DNA of 64,000 bases from Vicugna vicugna (GCA_013265495.1 MU057930.1:1008057-1072056), one strand, 5' to 3'; counted from the first letter of the stretch, positions 37,726 to 51,325 are shown. Program-made: numbers and translations. Notes: generated by a model from the letters alone, not told the origin.

Positions 37726-39543
37726 TTCCTTCTGCATACTAACATTTAAGAGGATTTTTTAAATGTTATTTTCATTATTTTTTTAATTTTAATTTTTTTT
37801 TATTGAAGTACCATCAGCTACAACATGTCCATTTCTGGTGAACAGCACACTGTCCCAGTCATGCATACACATACCTATTAAAACGTTACTTTTAAAAAGT
37901 CGGTGCTAATCTATTTCATTCTGAACTATCAGGATGGTGTGTTCTCTTCTGGTAAATTCATTTTAGGATTTTATATGTCTTGTAACAGGCTACTCAGTCT
38001 CTGGTGAGCTTGTTGGCTAACCTCGCCATTAGTAATTAATATTGTTTTGCAGAAACAAGTCCTTTTTTTTTTTTTCCAAACAAATGACTCACCGTGGAAC
38101 CTTGGAGGAAGCACACATCAACGTTTGTAAATGTTGAACCCTAGAGGGCTCGTGAGTGAAGGACCGGCCTGGGAGCCTTTCTGGTGTGGGCATCGCCACC
38201 CTCCCGGCTGTTCGTGGATCTCAGAATTCCCCGGCCTCAGATAATATTTCTCCCTTACACTGTGCATTCTTTTCAACCTTAAATTCAAACTATGATGAAA
38301 ATGTTTTGAAAATCTATTTCCTACCCCTCTTAGACTCATTCTCCGTTCAACATCAGTGAACATTCTGCCGGAGGATGCCTTTAACGGGCTGAAGACTTTA
38401 TGTCGTGACAGATTTTGATGACAACCTCATGTAGCATTTTATTAAAAAAAAAAAAGATTTTGTCATGTTTTACGAATGAGTCCTTCGGTCGTTCAGAAAT
38501 CAAATGAACTCATTTGAGTATATGCTCAATTGGAGAGTGAGGGCTCGTCCACAAATGACTTCGTGCTAAAAAAACAGCGGCTCCGTTAAAGATGGCTACT
38601 TATCCATAAAGTAATGAATTTCGTAAATGAACTATTTGAACGGTGAAAAGCTGTCGGTACCAAGTTCTAACGGATGTTCCACATGGTAACAAGTAGCTTT
38701 TCAATCCACAGCTACTTGACGCCTTTCTTGAGCATTTCTATAATATCCTATATCCTTAAAAAAGTAATCAAAATATGTAAGCGACGTACGCCGGGGTATC
38801 AGAGACCCGTGATTCCTTCTGGCCTGATTTCACACAGCACGTGTGCAGGTGGCTTATATATTTTTATATTCACGGTGCTAAAACGGGACACTGCTGGTCA
38901 CTGCCTGCCAAGGCTCGGAGCGGCAGGGAGGGAAAACGCAGCGCACGGCCACGTCTGCAGGGGGTCCGCTCCCTGCCCAGGACGGCCGTCTGCTTGGCGG
39001 TCCCGCCAGCAGGGCACCCCCTTCCCCCCCTTTTCAGTTTCCAAAGGCAGATGCTGTTGGAACAACATGCCCTGCAAAGCTGAGCCTTCCCTCGGCCCAG
39101 GGCGTGAGGTTCGTCTGTGTTGCTCAAGACACAGACTCTCCTTTTCCTTTGGTTTTGAATGATTCAGGAAAAGCCCAGGAGACTTATTTCTGATCAGAGA
39201 CACAGAAGAACGCCTGAAGGCGGCAGTGCCTGGAAGAACTTGGCTCTTTTGAGTTGAAAAAGAATGAAAACTGTCTTTGGTGTGGTCGCCCCACAAAGCT
39301 GGGGTGGGCCTCCACCCCCCACGTTTGGTTTGCTTATTGACATTGACGCAGGCACGTGTGTGCACATGCGTGCACACACACACACACACACACACATGAA
39401 AAGTTCCTGGCTCACATAGTGAAACTTGCTGGGGAGACCAGAGCAGGACACTTTCTATCGCATCCGAAAATGCCTAGACGGCACAGGGAGAGAAGTCTGC
39501 AGTGAGGCTGAAAATGGGTGTCACACAAGAAAGGAGACCACGC

Positions 39544-39545
<2 letters not shown>

Positions 39546-39613
<68 letters not shown>

Positions 39614-39620
39614 GTTATTA
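39546..39620. repeat. (TTA)n microsatellite
   Basis: About 24 near-perfect units. Confidence 0.95.
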
Positions 39621-39864
39621 GCATTCCCTGTTGTGGACCAGGAGGCGACAAATGAGGCATAAAGCTTGAAAGCTGTCAGGAGGGCATACTGGAAAAAAAT
39701 GCAATCCAAGTTTTTAACCACAGCCTAGAGGGCAGATGTGTGAGGCTGTTCTGATGGGACCGTTGGTGGCGGTCTTGTGGACGGAACATCACAGATGGAG
39801 AACCGTGACGTGCAAAAGGGGGCTGACGGGTGGGATAAAGGAAGTAACATAACGTGGTGGGTCA

Positions 39865-40260
39865 ATGAAACTCTGAAAACAAACCAACTCAGATTTGTGG
39901 TTTCCAGGGGTGGGAGGAAGTGGGCGGGGGGGGGGGNNNNNNNNNNGAAGGCAGATAAGACACAAAGTCCCCGTTACAAGATGAGTAAGTATTGGGGATG
40001 TAACGTACATGATAAAAATAGTTAACATGGCTGTATGTCAGCCAGGAATGTTGTAAAGAGGACAAATCCTAAGGGTTCTCATCGCAAGGCAAAACAATTT
40101 TGTTTTCTATTTCTTTAATCCTGTACCTATAAGAGAGGATGCATGGTCACTAAACCTACTGAGGCCATCACTTGTTGATGGATGGAAGTCCAACCATTAC
40201 GCTGTGCGCCTTACGCATACAGTGCTGTAAGTCAATTGTAGCTCAATAAAACTGAAAAAA
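39865..40260 (+). mobile_element. Older L1 3'UTR (contains a ~10-nt N gap)
   Basis: agatttgtggtttccaggggtggg..gttacaagatgagtaagtattggggatgtaacgtac..ctcaataaaactg. Confidence 0.75.
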
Positions 40261-40987
40261 TATTAAAAGTAAATATACTTAAATCTGCCCCTCCTCCTGA
40301 AAAATCCCTGGAGATGTCTCAGAGGAAAGACAACGAATCAGGAACCGTGTTCCTCTGAGTATCTTGTTCAGTGAAATTAATAAGCGTCCTTATTACTCAA
40401 GTTGGTAGGAGTTGGGTGAGCTCTATGTTGGCAGCAAATCACATTCTAGATCTTTCCCCTTGGATTCTTCCAGGCTCCCCCGATTTCAACAGAAGAGTGG
40501 TCACCACCAGTGCGAAGTCCACACAAAAGAGGCCGGCGTGGACCATCTCTCCCTGCATCTCTGCTGCCTGAAGGGCAGACATCATCCCTCCCCAGGGAAG
40601 AAGGATGATTGTGACCTCATGCCCGTGGAAACCTCCCCACCGCATTTCTCCACAGCCTTGTGCTCAGTCAGTCATGCTCGCCACGTCCTGGCTGGTCCCC
40701 TGTAAGCACGGTTTTACTCCCCAGAGCTTACTGAGCGACACACGTTCTGAAAGGAAGATGCATTCCCAAAGGAAGAACATTACAAAATTAGGAAAAAGTG
40801 CAGCAAGGCACCTGGAGGGGCTGTATCTTTGCCATTGCTGGTTGTGCGGCTGAGAAAAAGTCACAGTTAATGAATAAAATACTGCGGGGACCCACCCACC
40901 CATGAAATACAGTCACATAAGTCGTGTGTGCACCTTTGTCTCAACATCCCAATGGTATATCTGTGGTTTCAATAAAAACATTAGGAA

Positions 40988-41486
40988 TTATACACAATGG
41001 AATACTACTCAGCCATAAACAAGAATGAAATAATGCCATTTGCAGCAACATGGATGGACTTGGAGATGATCATACTAAGTGAAGTCAGTGACACAGAGAA
41101 AGACAAATACAATATGATTTCACTTATACGTGGAATCTAAAAAAAGAAGAAAAAATGAACTTACTTACAAAACAGAAACAGACTCACAGACATAGAAAAC
41201 AAACTTATTGTTATCAGGATGGGTAGGGATAAATTAGGAGTTTGGGATTAGCAGGTACACATGACAATGTATAAAATAGATAAACAACATGGACTTACTG
41301 CAGAGCACAGGAAACTATATTCAATTTCTTGTAACAACAAATAATGGAAAAGAATCTGAACATACATGTGCATGTATGTATGTATGTGTGTGTGTATATA
41401 TATATAAATTGCTTTGTTGTACTCCTGAAACTAACATTGTAAATCAACTACACGTCAATAAAAAATAAAATTAAAAAAATAATAAA
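40988..41486 (+). mobile_element. L1 3' end
   Basis: acaatggaatactactcagccataaa..gcagcaacatggatggacttggagatg..A-rich tail. Confidence 0.9.
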
Positions 41487-42589
41487 ATGAGAAAAGCAAG
41501 GGAAAAGAGCTATAGAAGGTACTTCATCTCAGTAGAAGAATCACCAGGGGAAAATGTGGTTGCCAAGGACCCATCCCGTAATGGCGCTCACACTGCTCGC
41601 ACAGCTACAGAGGTGAGAGAAAACAGCGCTCAGGGAGGCATACGCGGTCCCACATCTCCTGAGAAGGTCAGCAGTCCGTCCCCCCTCCTTAGTGGCACGC
41701 ACTTAAAAGCCGAGCTTATTTAAAAATCTATCTGCAGCAACTGCCAGACTTTCAGGATAGACCCTTCCTAGGGCCGTGTCCCTGCCACGTTCCGTAACAG
41801 CGCTGGAGCTCCAGCAGGCGTTTCAAAAGACCGTACCTGCCTGGGAAAGAGGACCTCAGGTCCAGCCACCCAAGGTCTGGAATATTGCTCCCTGATTCAT
41901 ATGCACAACCAGCTCCTCGGCCCCACGGGTTGCTTCTCATTTTTATAAACGCTGCATTTGATGCAAAAATGGAGGCTGTCGTCCCCCCCCCGTATGCCAG
42001 CTCCGGACGGACACAGCTGTCTGCGTGCTTGTTTGTGGAGCCGTCACCGGCGATGAAGAGCAGAGAGGAGGGTCAGACCGCTCTGCTCCCTCTTTGAAAC
42101 GTCCCCCTGCAGAACGGCTCTGTGTTATTTGTCATCGTGATAGACGTCCCTCCTCCTCAACCCTGTCCCTGACACACCCCAGGTGTTAAACAGCCAAACA
42201 ACAGGCAGCCCTGAAGATAAAGACTTTGCAGGATACCAAAAACCCATCAAGAAGGTTGTTTTTTTTTTTAAAATAAAATCTTTTAAATCACATGCATATG
42301 TTCTTTAACTGTGCTTTGCCGATCCTGACACGCGGGTTGATATTTTCCTAGTGAAACCGCAGATGGACTTTTGCAAAAGACTCCTGCATCTTTCCTCTTT
42401 ATCTATCCCTGTGGGCTCATCTGCAAGTTAATTCTTACACTGGAGGGTGGTACCCAAGACAGGCTGTGCTGAGTTCGCTAAGTGGGAAATGGAGCTAATT
42501 TCTGGGGCTCTGACCTTCATTCTGGTCACTTAATTTCCAGATGGTTCTCGGTATCAGGAGAAGAAAGATTCCATCTGAGAGATAAAAAA

Positions 42590-42780
42590 GAAGACACACA
42601 CGACAAGGTCTCGCTGTAGAGCGCAGGGAACTGTGTGCCATGTCTTGTAATAAAGCGTAATGGAAAAAAGAACATGAAAAAGACTGTGTGTGCATATAAT
42701 ATATATATAACTGAATCACTTTGCTGCACACCAGAAACTAAGACAACATTGCAGATCCACTCTACTTCAGTTAAAAAGAA
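42590..42780 (+). mobile_element. Short L1 3' terminal fragment
   Basis: acaaggtc..gcacagggaac-like..ctgaatcactttgctgcacaccagaaact..ctacttcagttaaaa. Confidence 0.8.
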
Positions 42781-43169
42781 GATATGCCATTCTTTCAATT
42801 CTCAAAAGTCCTCTTTCCAGGATGGATGAATAATCCTTTTTGAAGGATGATCACTTTGCTGTCCCAGGAGTTTTGTCCCAGCCCCACCACCAAACCCCAG
42901 AGTGCTTTCTTAACAAGGAAATGATACAGTATCAAAGGGGAGAGATACATTTTGGAGAGATACATGTTACAGCGATACATTCTTATGGTGATGTTACCAT
43001 CTGCTGGACCCTCTGTTACATTATCTCCTTTTATCCTTCTTACAACTCGAAGAATGTTTTGTTTCTATTTTATCTACTGACAAATTAAGGCTTAGAGACA
43101 CTGGGTAAATGGCCCAAGGACACAAAACTGGAGCTCGTGAGGATGTCAAAGTCTGTCCTGTGGGCTCAA

Positions 43170-43380
43170 AACACAAAGCCTTGGGCATCCTGCACCAGAG
43201 CATTCTTTGGGGGTGGGGGCTGTCCTGTGCACCGCACTGATTTCTGTAGCATCCCTGATCTCCACCCACTAGACGCCACAGGCACCCCACACTCCCCTGA
43301 AAGATGTGACAATTGGGATGTCTCCAAATATTACTCATTGTCCCCTGGGGACGAAAACACCCCAAGTTGTGAATCACTGC
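43170..43380 (+). mobile_element. MER20-like hAT-Charlie MITE
   Basis: ggggctgtcctgtgcacc..agcatccctg..ccacccactaga..tgtctcca..tgtcccctgggg..gttgtgaatcactg. Confidence 0.75.
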
Positions 43381-43405
43381 ACTGGATTCTTCAAGGGGAA
43401 CCAAA

Positions 43406-43556
43406 CAGTAAGATGGTAATTCCCCAGGTGTCCACCCAAGACCAGAAGCATCACCGTCCTCTGGGAATTCTTGGTACCCAAGGACTCAGAATCTCGGGGG
43501 TGGGTGCAGGAAGGCTGCAGGAGGCTCTGATGCTCCCTCGGGCTTGAGAGCCCCTG
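43406..43556 (+). mobile_element. MER5A-like hAT-Charlie remnant
   Basis: gaccagaagcatcacc..ctggga..tcagaatctcgggggtggg..tctgatgc..ttgagagcccctg. Confidence 0.55.
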
Positions 43557-43913
43557 GGATAGAATGATCCCTCCCCACGCAGGCTTTAAAGAGGGAGAAG
43601 GATGAGAGAAGACAGAATGTCTTCTCAGCCTCCCTGAAACTCACTTGTGTCTTGTTTTTTTCTATAAAGTATAGAGTCACAATATCTTTACAATGCTAAG
43701 GACCCTCACCTGCATTTCAGTCGTCTTTGACTGTTGGATGCACTGACTTGAAAAAGTTAGGACTATTTGTCATCATCTAGTTCTTCAGGGAGGGACCACA
43801 GACACTGGCTTGTCTCCTTAAGGTGGAGACTGTCTGACTGAGGAATGTAAAGGAGCAATAATTGGCAAATTCCTCCATGATGAAGGGGCGGCCAGGCTGG
43901 CCGTGCTGTGAGG

Positions 43914-45290
43914 GTGTATGGGTTTCCTGTTGCCTCTGTAACAAATGGCCACGACCTTTGTGGCTTAAAACAACACACTTTTATTCTTTCACAGTTCTGG
44001 AGGGCAGAAGTCCAAAAGTAGTCTTACATACAAATGGCCACACGTACATGAAAAAATGCTCGATACTGCTCATTATCAGAGACATACAAATGAAAACCAC
44101 GATGAGGTGTCACCTCACACCAGTCAGAATGGCCATCATTCAAAAGTCCACAAATGACGAATGGTGGAGAAGCTGTGGAGAAAAGGGAACCCTCCTGCAC
44201 TGCTGGTGGGAATCCAGTTTGGTGCAGCCAACGTGGAAAACAGAATGGAGATTCCCTAAGAAACTAAAGATAGGGTTACCATATAATCCAGCAATTCCAC
44301 ACCTGGGCACATATCCAGAGAAAACTCTAACTCAAAAAGATACATGCACCCCAACGTTCATAGCAGCACTATTTACAACAGCCAAGACATGGAAACAACC
44401 TAAACGTCTACCGACAGATGACCTGATAAAGAAGCTATGGTATAGTTATACAACGGAATACTACTCAGCCATAAAAAGGATGAAATTATGCCATTTGCAG
44501 CAACATGGATGGACCAAGAGATCATCATACGAAATAAATCAGAGCGAGATAAATACCATATGATATCAGTTACGTAGGGAATCTAAAGTATTATACAAAT
44601 GAACTTACAAAATAGAAACAGACTCACCAACATAGAAAACGAACTGATGCTTACCAAAGGGGGAGTCGGGGTGGACAAATTAGGAGTTTGGGATTAATAG
44701 ATATACGCTACTATATATAAAATAGATAAACAACAAGGTCCTACTGTGTAACACATGGAACTATATTCAGTATCTTGTAATAGCCCATAATGAAGAAGAA
44801 TACATACACACATACACAGACACACACACATATATCTGACTGAATCACTATGCTATTCACCAGAAGTCAACACAACATTGTAAACTGACTATACTTCAAT
44901 TAAAAAAAAATAACTAAATAAATAAAAGAAGGTGAGTCTTAGGGGGCTAACATCAAGGTGTCTAGCAGGGCTGGTTCTTTCTGGGGATCCCTTGCCTTTT
45001 CCAGCTTCTGGAAGCCACATTGCCTGGAGGCTACTTGCCTCATCTTCAAAGCACATCCCTCCACCTCTGCTTCTGGGAGCACTCCGTTCCCTTGCTTTGA
45101 CCTTTTTCTCTCCCTCTTATAAGGAGCCTTGTAATAAGAGTGGTCCATCAGGATGACCCAGGAGGACCTAATCATTTCGAGACCCTTACGTGCATCTCCC
45201 GAGCCCCTGTGCCCAGAGGCTGACACAGTCACGCACCATAGGTGTGTGGCCGTCTTGGAGGGACAGTTTACACAGGACCAGGCGTCTTCC
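43914..45290 (-). mobile_element. MLT1 LTR interrupted by an L1
   Basis: tgtatgggtttcctgttgcctctgtaacaaat..cacagttctggagg..aagtccaaa | gggctaacatcaaggtgtc..ccagcttctgga..cctcttataagga. Confidence 0.8.
44027..44928 (+). mobile_element. L1 3' end (ORF2 C-terminal ~160 codons still open)
   Basis: [60 protein letters not shown]; agtctta TSD core on both sides. Confidence 0.9.
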
Positions 45291-46574
45291 CTCTCCCAGT
45301 GGTGACCATGAGTCCACTGTCCAGACACCCAGTTTCCTCTGGAGGCCACCATTGATGGAAGCAATACAGAGATGCAAACTATTCACGAGTCACACTGCAT
45401 CCCAGCAAATGTCGACGGACCACCCTCTGGGGGAAACCAACCATGCCGTCCTTAGACCCACCCCTCAGTCATAAACAAGAGGGACAGGGGCTCGCGAGAG
45501 CAAGGGAAGGATTTTCATTCCCAGAAAGGCACCGAGTCCATACCTCGCAAGGAGTCGACTCTGAGGGCGATCGAAGGCCCAGCTGGGGGACCCTCCACCC
45601 TCATTGAAGCTCCATCCTAAAAACAGGTACCACAGTCTCCTGGACTTTCTCTGATGAAGTCAAATGTGCATCAGAAAGTCTGTTCGCTCCATTGTGGTCA
45701 TGATTTCATCAACAAACGAATGGAAAATCCTTCGTGCGCTGCCTGTAAGACTGTAGGCACTTGATGGATGATAACATGTTTTTCTTCCTCGTAATTTAAA
45801 TGCCACTAAGTGAAGCCTCTGTGTCTCGGCTGTTGATATTTGCTGTTCATAATCAGTAAACAACTTTGAAGTGCCCAGTGGACGGTTCCATCTCCAGAGG
45901 AGACATACTAGCAAATCGTGGTCATTGACCCCAACGGCGGAAATTCTGACCTGAAATAATCATGGCGGAGGGAATGAGCAAGGATTCATTATCCGGTCCT
46001 GTCCAACGGGCTTGCAATTGAATAGAACGCAAAGGAAATCATGTCAAGGGTCACTCTCCGCTGCGTGGTCCCAACAGTGCCCACCCCTCCACCACCACCA
46101 CCTCCAAGAGCTGGGTTTTTGGGAACTGCATTTGCACTGTGGAAATTCTTAGCTCTGGTTCTGCGAAACTGCAACCAGCTCTGCCCTTTAACGCTGGAGG
46201 CCACACCCACTGCTGGGACATTTGACACATCGTACGTGTGGAAGAAATGAGGTTTAAAATAATACTCTTATATTTCCGTCAAGAGAGCGATGCACTTTCC
46301 AAGGGGACATCTGAAAGGCGAACATTTACTCACTAGGAAGACTGTGCGACATCTTCCTGCCTCCCTACGTTAGAAGAACGGTGTGCATTCACCGACCACA
46401 CCCACTCCGTTCATCTTTCACACAGTTTATCTGCTTTCTGCACAAAAGAGAGGATATAAGCTGCCCAGGAAGGAAGGCATGAAGAGGGAACAGCAGTAAA
46501 AATTTCTGATAAATGATTTATCTGTTTTCCCACTTACACTGAGCTAATGATGGAAGGCATCATAATACAGATTA

Positions 46575-46765
46575 CAGGTAACCCTCTGAAAAATTACGGG
46601 TTTAGTTCCAGACCACTGCAATAAAGCACATATTGCAATAAAGCAAATCCCAATTTTTTTTTTTTTGGTTTCCCGGTGCACATAAAAGTCTCGTTTACAT
46701 GACACTCCCATCTATTAAGTGTGCGGTGTCTAAAAACAATGTACATATGTTAATTAAAATTTTCC
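46575..46765 (-). mobile_element. Tigger1 terminal fragment
   Basis: ta-caggtaaccctc..gggtttagttccagaccactgcaataaagc..ggtttcccggtgcacataaaagt. Confidence 0.75.
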
Positions 46766-47489
46766 AAATTGCAACTCTGTGTGTGTACCACATTTTTAAC
46801 TGTTTCAATGCATACTTTTTGCATATAGAAACGATGTAATTCATGTTGCAATTTACATGCATAAGCCTGCCAATGAAACACAGAATGACTTTAAATTCCC
46901 CCCCTTTTTTTTCAATTAGTAAAATATTTATTTTTGAGTATGACGGAAGACAAGGATTCACTGATAGATTCTACCCGCAAGGCGCTCAGTCAAGACGAGG
47001 AAAACACCATAAAGAAGCAACCTTACGAGGGAAGGTGATGCGGGTACAAGAGAATCACGTAAAACAGAGAAAACCCAGAGGACAGAGCGATTGTTTCTAT
47101 CGGAGGGTCAGGCGTGCCCTTCAGGAGAGAGGACATATGCACTAACGCTGGACACGCGAATTCAGCCCCCTGCGTGTGATTCAATGCGAGACCCCCCACT
47201 TCACAGACGGCTCCCATAAGAAAGGACACGTGTCGCCAGGCTCTGAGGTCCGCATCAAAATCTCACCGCCTCCAAGTTTCCCAGACTCAGTCTTCCTATC
47301 ACCCTGTATTGTGCGTTTGCACTGTCTTCGCAAACGAGCAACCACTTCTATATTCATTTTTAATTGCCCAAAGAATTGCCTTAAGGTTTTGTCATCAGAC
47401 GCCTCCAGAGCACGCTTTGCCTGGATGTAATTCACACGTAAAGCAGGTGTTCGACATTCCTCTGTATTTTTATGACCTGCCATAATGCT

Positions 47490-47570
47490 AAAATATATAT
47501 ATATATATATATATGTATACACACACACACACATATATATATATATACACATATACATATATATGTATTT
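47490..47570. repeat. Compound (TA)n/(CA)n microsatellite
   Basis: Direct reading. Confidence 0.9.
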
Positions 47571-48797
47571 TTAATTTTGATGCCATCATGGACTTTTTTG
47601 AGGAAATGCAAACGGATGTCCCTTTGGATGCCTGGTTTCAGTGCTGGGCATGACAATTTATGCAAGTATAAATATTTTAACCCACCCCCTGCGAGGCTCC
47701 ATGCTCTATTTTGAGAAACCTGATGGACAAACTGGTAATTGCATCGGACACGGGCTTTCAATCAACTCGCCCGCAAGCTGTGCTTCGATGACTCGCTGCG
47801 CACCTGATAATTAATCATCGGCTTTCCTGCAAGAGGATAAATTCTGTGACGTCCCCCGGAGACACCTAAGTCTACACGCACCTCTTCCAGGGAAGCGTTG
47901 GGTCCTCTGAAAGCACAAACCTGTAAGTGTATCTTCTGCAACGTTGCAAGTGTGTGTGTCAGAGGCCTGCCCCGAAGGTAACCTTCCTTTTCCCCGTGGA
48001 GGGAGTCAGATTAATTACAGCTCAGCACCTCCCTGCCGGCGTCCCTCTCGACCATGTGGGGAGAGTCCGTCCGCAGAATGCTATTTATGCATCTCCTTTA
48101 AACCAGACTCGATTTGCCCAGACCTGTTTTCAGCATTCAACCTTATTACAGAGCCTCCGAAACAAATGAAAGGTCTTCGTTATGGTTACTGGTAAGGTGG
48201 TGGTGATGGGAGTGAAAAATATGTGGGGGGAAAAAAAAGATGTTAAACGTTCCAGATTCTACACTGTCAGGGACCAGGGTGTCTGGGGAAGGAGTGGCTG
48301 CATCAGCTAAATCCAGAAGATGAACTGAAAGCAGGAGAAGGAATTATTGAAATTAACATCAAACGTAACATCGAAAGTAACAGCGAAATGAATAGTATTT
48401 CCCAATAAAAGTATGAATTAAGGCAGAGGGAAACCAGGATGCAGATTTCACACGGACACTTATGAAGAAATCCCTAAGAGGGGGGGAGTGTGTTTGCAAA
48501 GGGATGCGGAGGGCGGAGACGGGTTGAGTCAGTTGCTTTAGGGTAAGCACTAAACCCACAAGTGTATGCGTCTTGCATCCCCTCGAAGGGAGGAAACTTT
48601 TCATTGTGTGAGCGGGCTGCCCTGTGCCCGAGGACACCTGCGTCTCTCCTTGCTGAAGCATTTACTGTTTGTCAGGCTTTGAGGTGAGCACTTTGAGGGA
48701 GGAAGGAGGGAGGAAGGGCGGGAAGGAGAGGGAGGGAGGAAGGAGAGGGAGGGAGGAAGGGAGGGAGCAAGGAGGAAGGGAGGGAGGGAGGAAGCAG

Positions 48798-49584
48798 NNN
48801 NNNNNNNNNNNNNNNNNNNNNNNNNNNNNNNNNNNNNNNNNNNNNNNNNNNNNNNNNNNNNNNNNNNNNNNNNNNNNNNNNNNNNNNNNNNNNNNNNNNN
48901 NNNNNNNNNNNNNNNNNNNNNNNNNNNNNNNNNNNNNNNNNNNNNNNNNNNNNNNNNNNNNNNNNNNNNNNNNNNNNNNNNNNNNNNNNNNNNNNNNNNN
49001 NNNNNNNNNNNNNNNNNNNNNNNNNNNNNNNNNNNNNNNNNNNNNNNNNNNNNNNNNNNNNNNNNNNNNNNNNNNNNNNNNNNNNNNNNNNNNNNNNNNN
49101 NNNNNNNNNNNNNNNNNNNNNNNNNNNNNNNNNNNNNNNNNNNNNNNNNNNNNNNNNNNNNNNNNNNNNNNNNNNNNNNNNNNNNNNNNNNNNNNNNNNN
49201 NNNNNNNNNNNNNNNNNNNNNNNNNNNNNNNNNNNNNNNNNNNNNNNNNNNNNNNNNNNNNNNNNNNNNNNNNNNNNNNNNNNNNNNNNNNNNNNNNNNN
49301 NNNNNNNNNNNNNNNNNNNNNNNNNNNNNNNNNNNNNNNNNNNNNNNNNNNNNNNNNNNNNNNNNNNNNNNNNNNNNNNNNNNNNNNNNNNNNNNNNNNN
49401 NNNNNNNNNNNNNNNNNNNNNNNNNNNNNNNNNNNNNNNNNNNNNNNNNNNNNNNNNNNNNNNNNNNNNNNNNNNNNNNNNNNNNNNNNNNNNNNNNNNN
49501 NNNNNNNNNNNNNNNNNNNNNNNNNNNNNNNNNNNNNNNNNNNNNNNNNNNNNNNNNNNNNNNNNNNNNNNNNNNNNNNNNNNN
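48798..49584. other. Assembly gap (787 N), preceded by a GGAA/GGGA purine tract (48696-48797)
   Basis: Run of N. Confidence 0.99.
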
Positions 49585-49700
49585 GGGCGGGGGGCAGGAG
49601 CGGGGGTGCGAGGCGGGGCGCGGGCCATGTCCCCGCCGGCCCCAGCAGCGCGGTGGGCACGCTTCGCCTGGATGCGCGGAAGAAGACAGAAGAACAGAGT
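49585..49700. promoter_or_regulatory. Edge of a probable CpG island with GC boxes
   Basis: Very GC/CpG-rich (gggcggggggcaggagcgggggtgcgaggcggggcgcgggcc...) directly flanking the gap. Confidence 0.5.
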
Positions 49701-50071
49701 CACGTTTGCTGGAGTGGCGGCAAGAGCTAAAATTCCACAGTGAAGAACGGGGCTCAGAGCACGCGAGAAACAGAGCGAGAGAGTATTTTTAGCTCCTCGT
49801 TAAAGCCGGCAACGCAAAGTTAACTGCAATGGTTTATAATTTCATAATTCTGCTCTTTCCTATTATATATATTTTTTGCAAACAACTCTAGAGGCAGGGT
49901 GTTAAACGAACTGACGTTTCACAAGATTGACATTAATTGCCTAAACTTCTTAAATTGGTTACATCAAAAAAAAAAATGAGGCACAGATTATTTTAAAGAA
50001 AGCCTTAAAAAAATTTAGCAACAAAGTTAAATACATGGGTTATCACCATAAATCTATAAAATACGCCTATA

Positions 50072-50320
50072 CAGGCATGGCCCTCAGACAGTGTGAGTTT
50101 GGATCCACACCTCCCCAATAAGGCAACCATCACCGTAAAGCAAGTCACACGAATGTTTTGGTTTCCTATGACACGTAAAAGTTACATTTATACCGGACTG
50201 TAGTGTGTTAGTACTGTAATAACATTACGTCCAGAAGAAAAACGTGCATACCTCAATTTAAAAATACTTTATTGCTAAAAAAGTAAATGCTCGCCACCAT
50301 CTGAGCCGTCAGCGAGTGGC
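50072..50320 (-). mobile_element. Tigger1-derived fragment
   Basis: ta-caggcat..aaagcaagtcacacgaat..ggtttcc..aaaaatactttattgctaaaaa..ccatctgagcc. Confidence 0.7.
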
Positions 50321-51009
50321 CATCTGAGCCGGTGCTGAGTGTGAATCACTCTGAGAATTCCCCAAAGTGGGACCGGATGTGCAAAGCGAGGGTAGGTGTC
50401 TGCCTGTACCTGTGTCTCCTGACGTATCGACTCGAGAAAGGGATTCATTGTGCTCTACCGTCTCCCAAAGACCTTGGCCCCTGCTCCTTCACACCTACAG
50501 CCTCCAAGGATGATTTAGGTGGTGGTATGTACAAAAAAACCCCCAATGTTTTCCTTTTTTCTGAGAATACGTCCTTCATGCTTAGTTCCTGAGATCCTGT
50601 GTGTGGTCCACGTAAGTCTGTCGCATGGATGAAATACACACTGAGAACAGAGGTGTGAACGGAGTGTTGCCTCTTTTATTCCTGTAGCAGACATTTCTCC
50701 CAAAGATGCAGCCGTCGAAATACAGGAGACCTGGGCAAATATTTTCATTCTCCCCCTGGGAAAAAAAAAATGCGAACCAGCAGGGGTGATGACTTCTCAG
50801 AGTAGCTTGCTTTGTGGAGCTGCAGAAGACGGAGTTCAACAGCAAAATGGAAAATGGAAAATTGAAAACATGTTTCGGAATATGTGTGCAATTGAGATGG
50901 TCAGAGATTTCTAGATGCTGGGTGGCTGTACTGATTGCTGCATCTTTGGGGAGAAGCTAAGTAGATTGGGGTGCGGGGTGTCACCTCTGACTTTACACAG
51001 ATGGTCAAA

Positions 51010-51325
51010 GGTGGGGAGGGGGTGGGAGGGATAAACTGGGAGTTTGGGATTAGGAAATATTAACTACTATATATAAAATAGATAAACAACAAGGTCCTGC
51101 TGTACAGCACAGGGTACTATATTCAATATCTTATAATGACTTACAATGAAAAAGACTCTGAAAAGGAATACATGTATGTGTATGTATGACTGAAACATGA
51201 TGCTGTGCACCAGAAATGGATGCAACATAGGAAAGGAAAGGAGAAAGAAAGAGAAAGAAAGAAAGAAAGAAAGAGGGGAAGAGAGGAAGAAAGAAAGAAC
51301 GAAAGGAAAGGAAAGGAAAGAGAAG
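51010..51325 (+). mobile_element. L1 3'UTR fragment with (GAAA)n-derived tail
   Basis: gggataaactgggagtttgggatt..aacaacaaggtcctgctgtacagcacaggg..then GAAA repeats. Confidence 0.85.

Noticed and set aside
39412..39721. Poly-Ile/Leu/Asn ORFs
   Set aside because: (TTA)n microsatellite
43862..44563. 233-aa ORF as a domesticated gene
   Set aside because: MLT1 sequence reading into the L1 ORF2 C-terminus of a truncated insertion; first Cys of the Cys-rich motif lost and terminal frameshift
48662..49730. Three ORFs of 332-353 aa
   Set aside because: They span the N gap; artefacts
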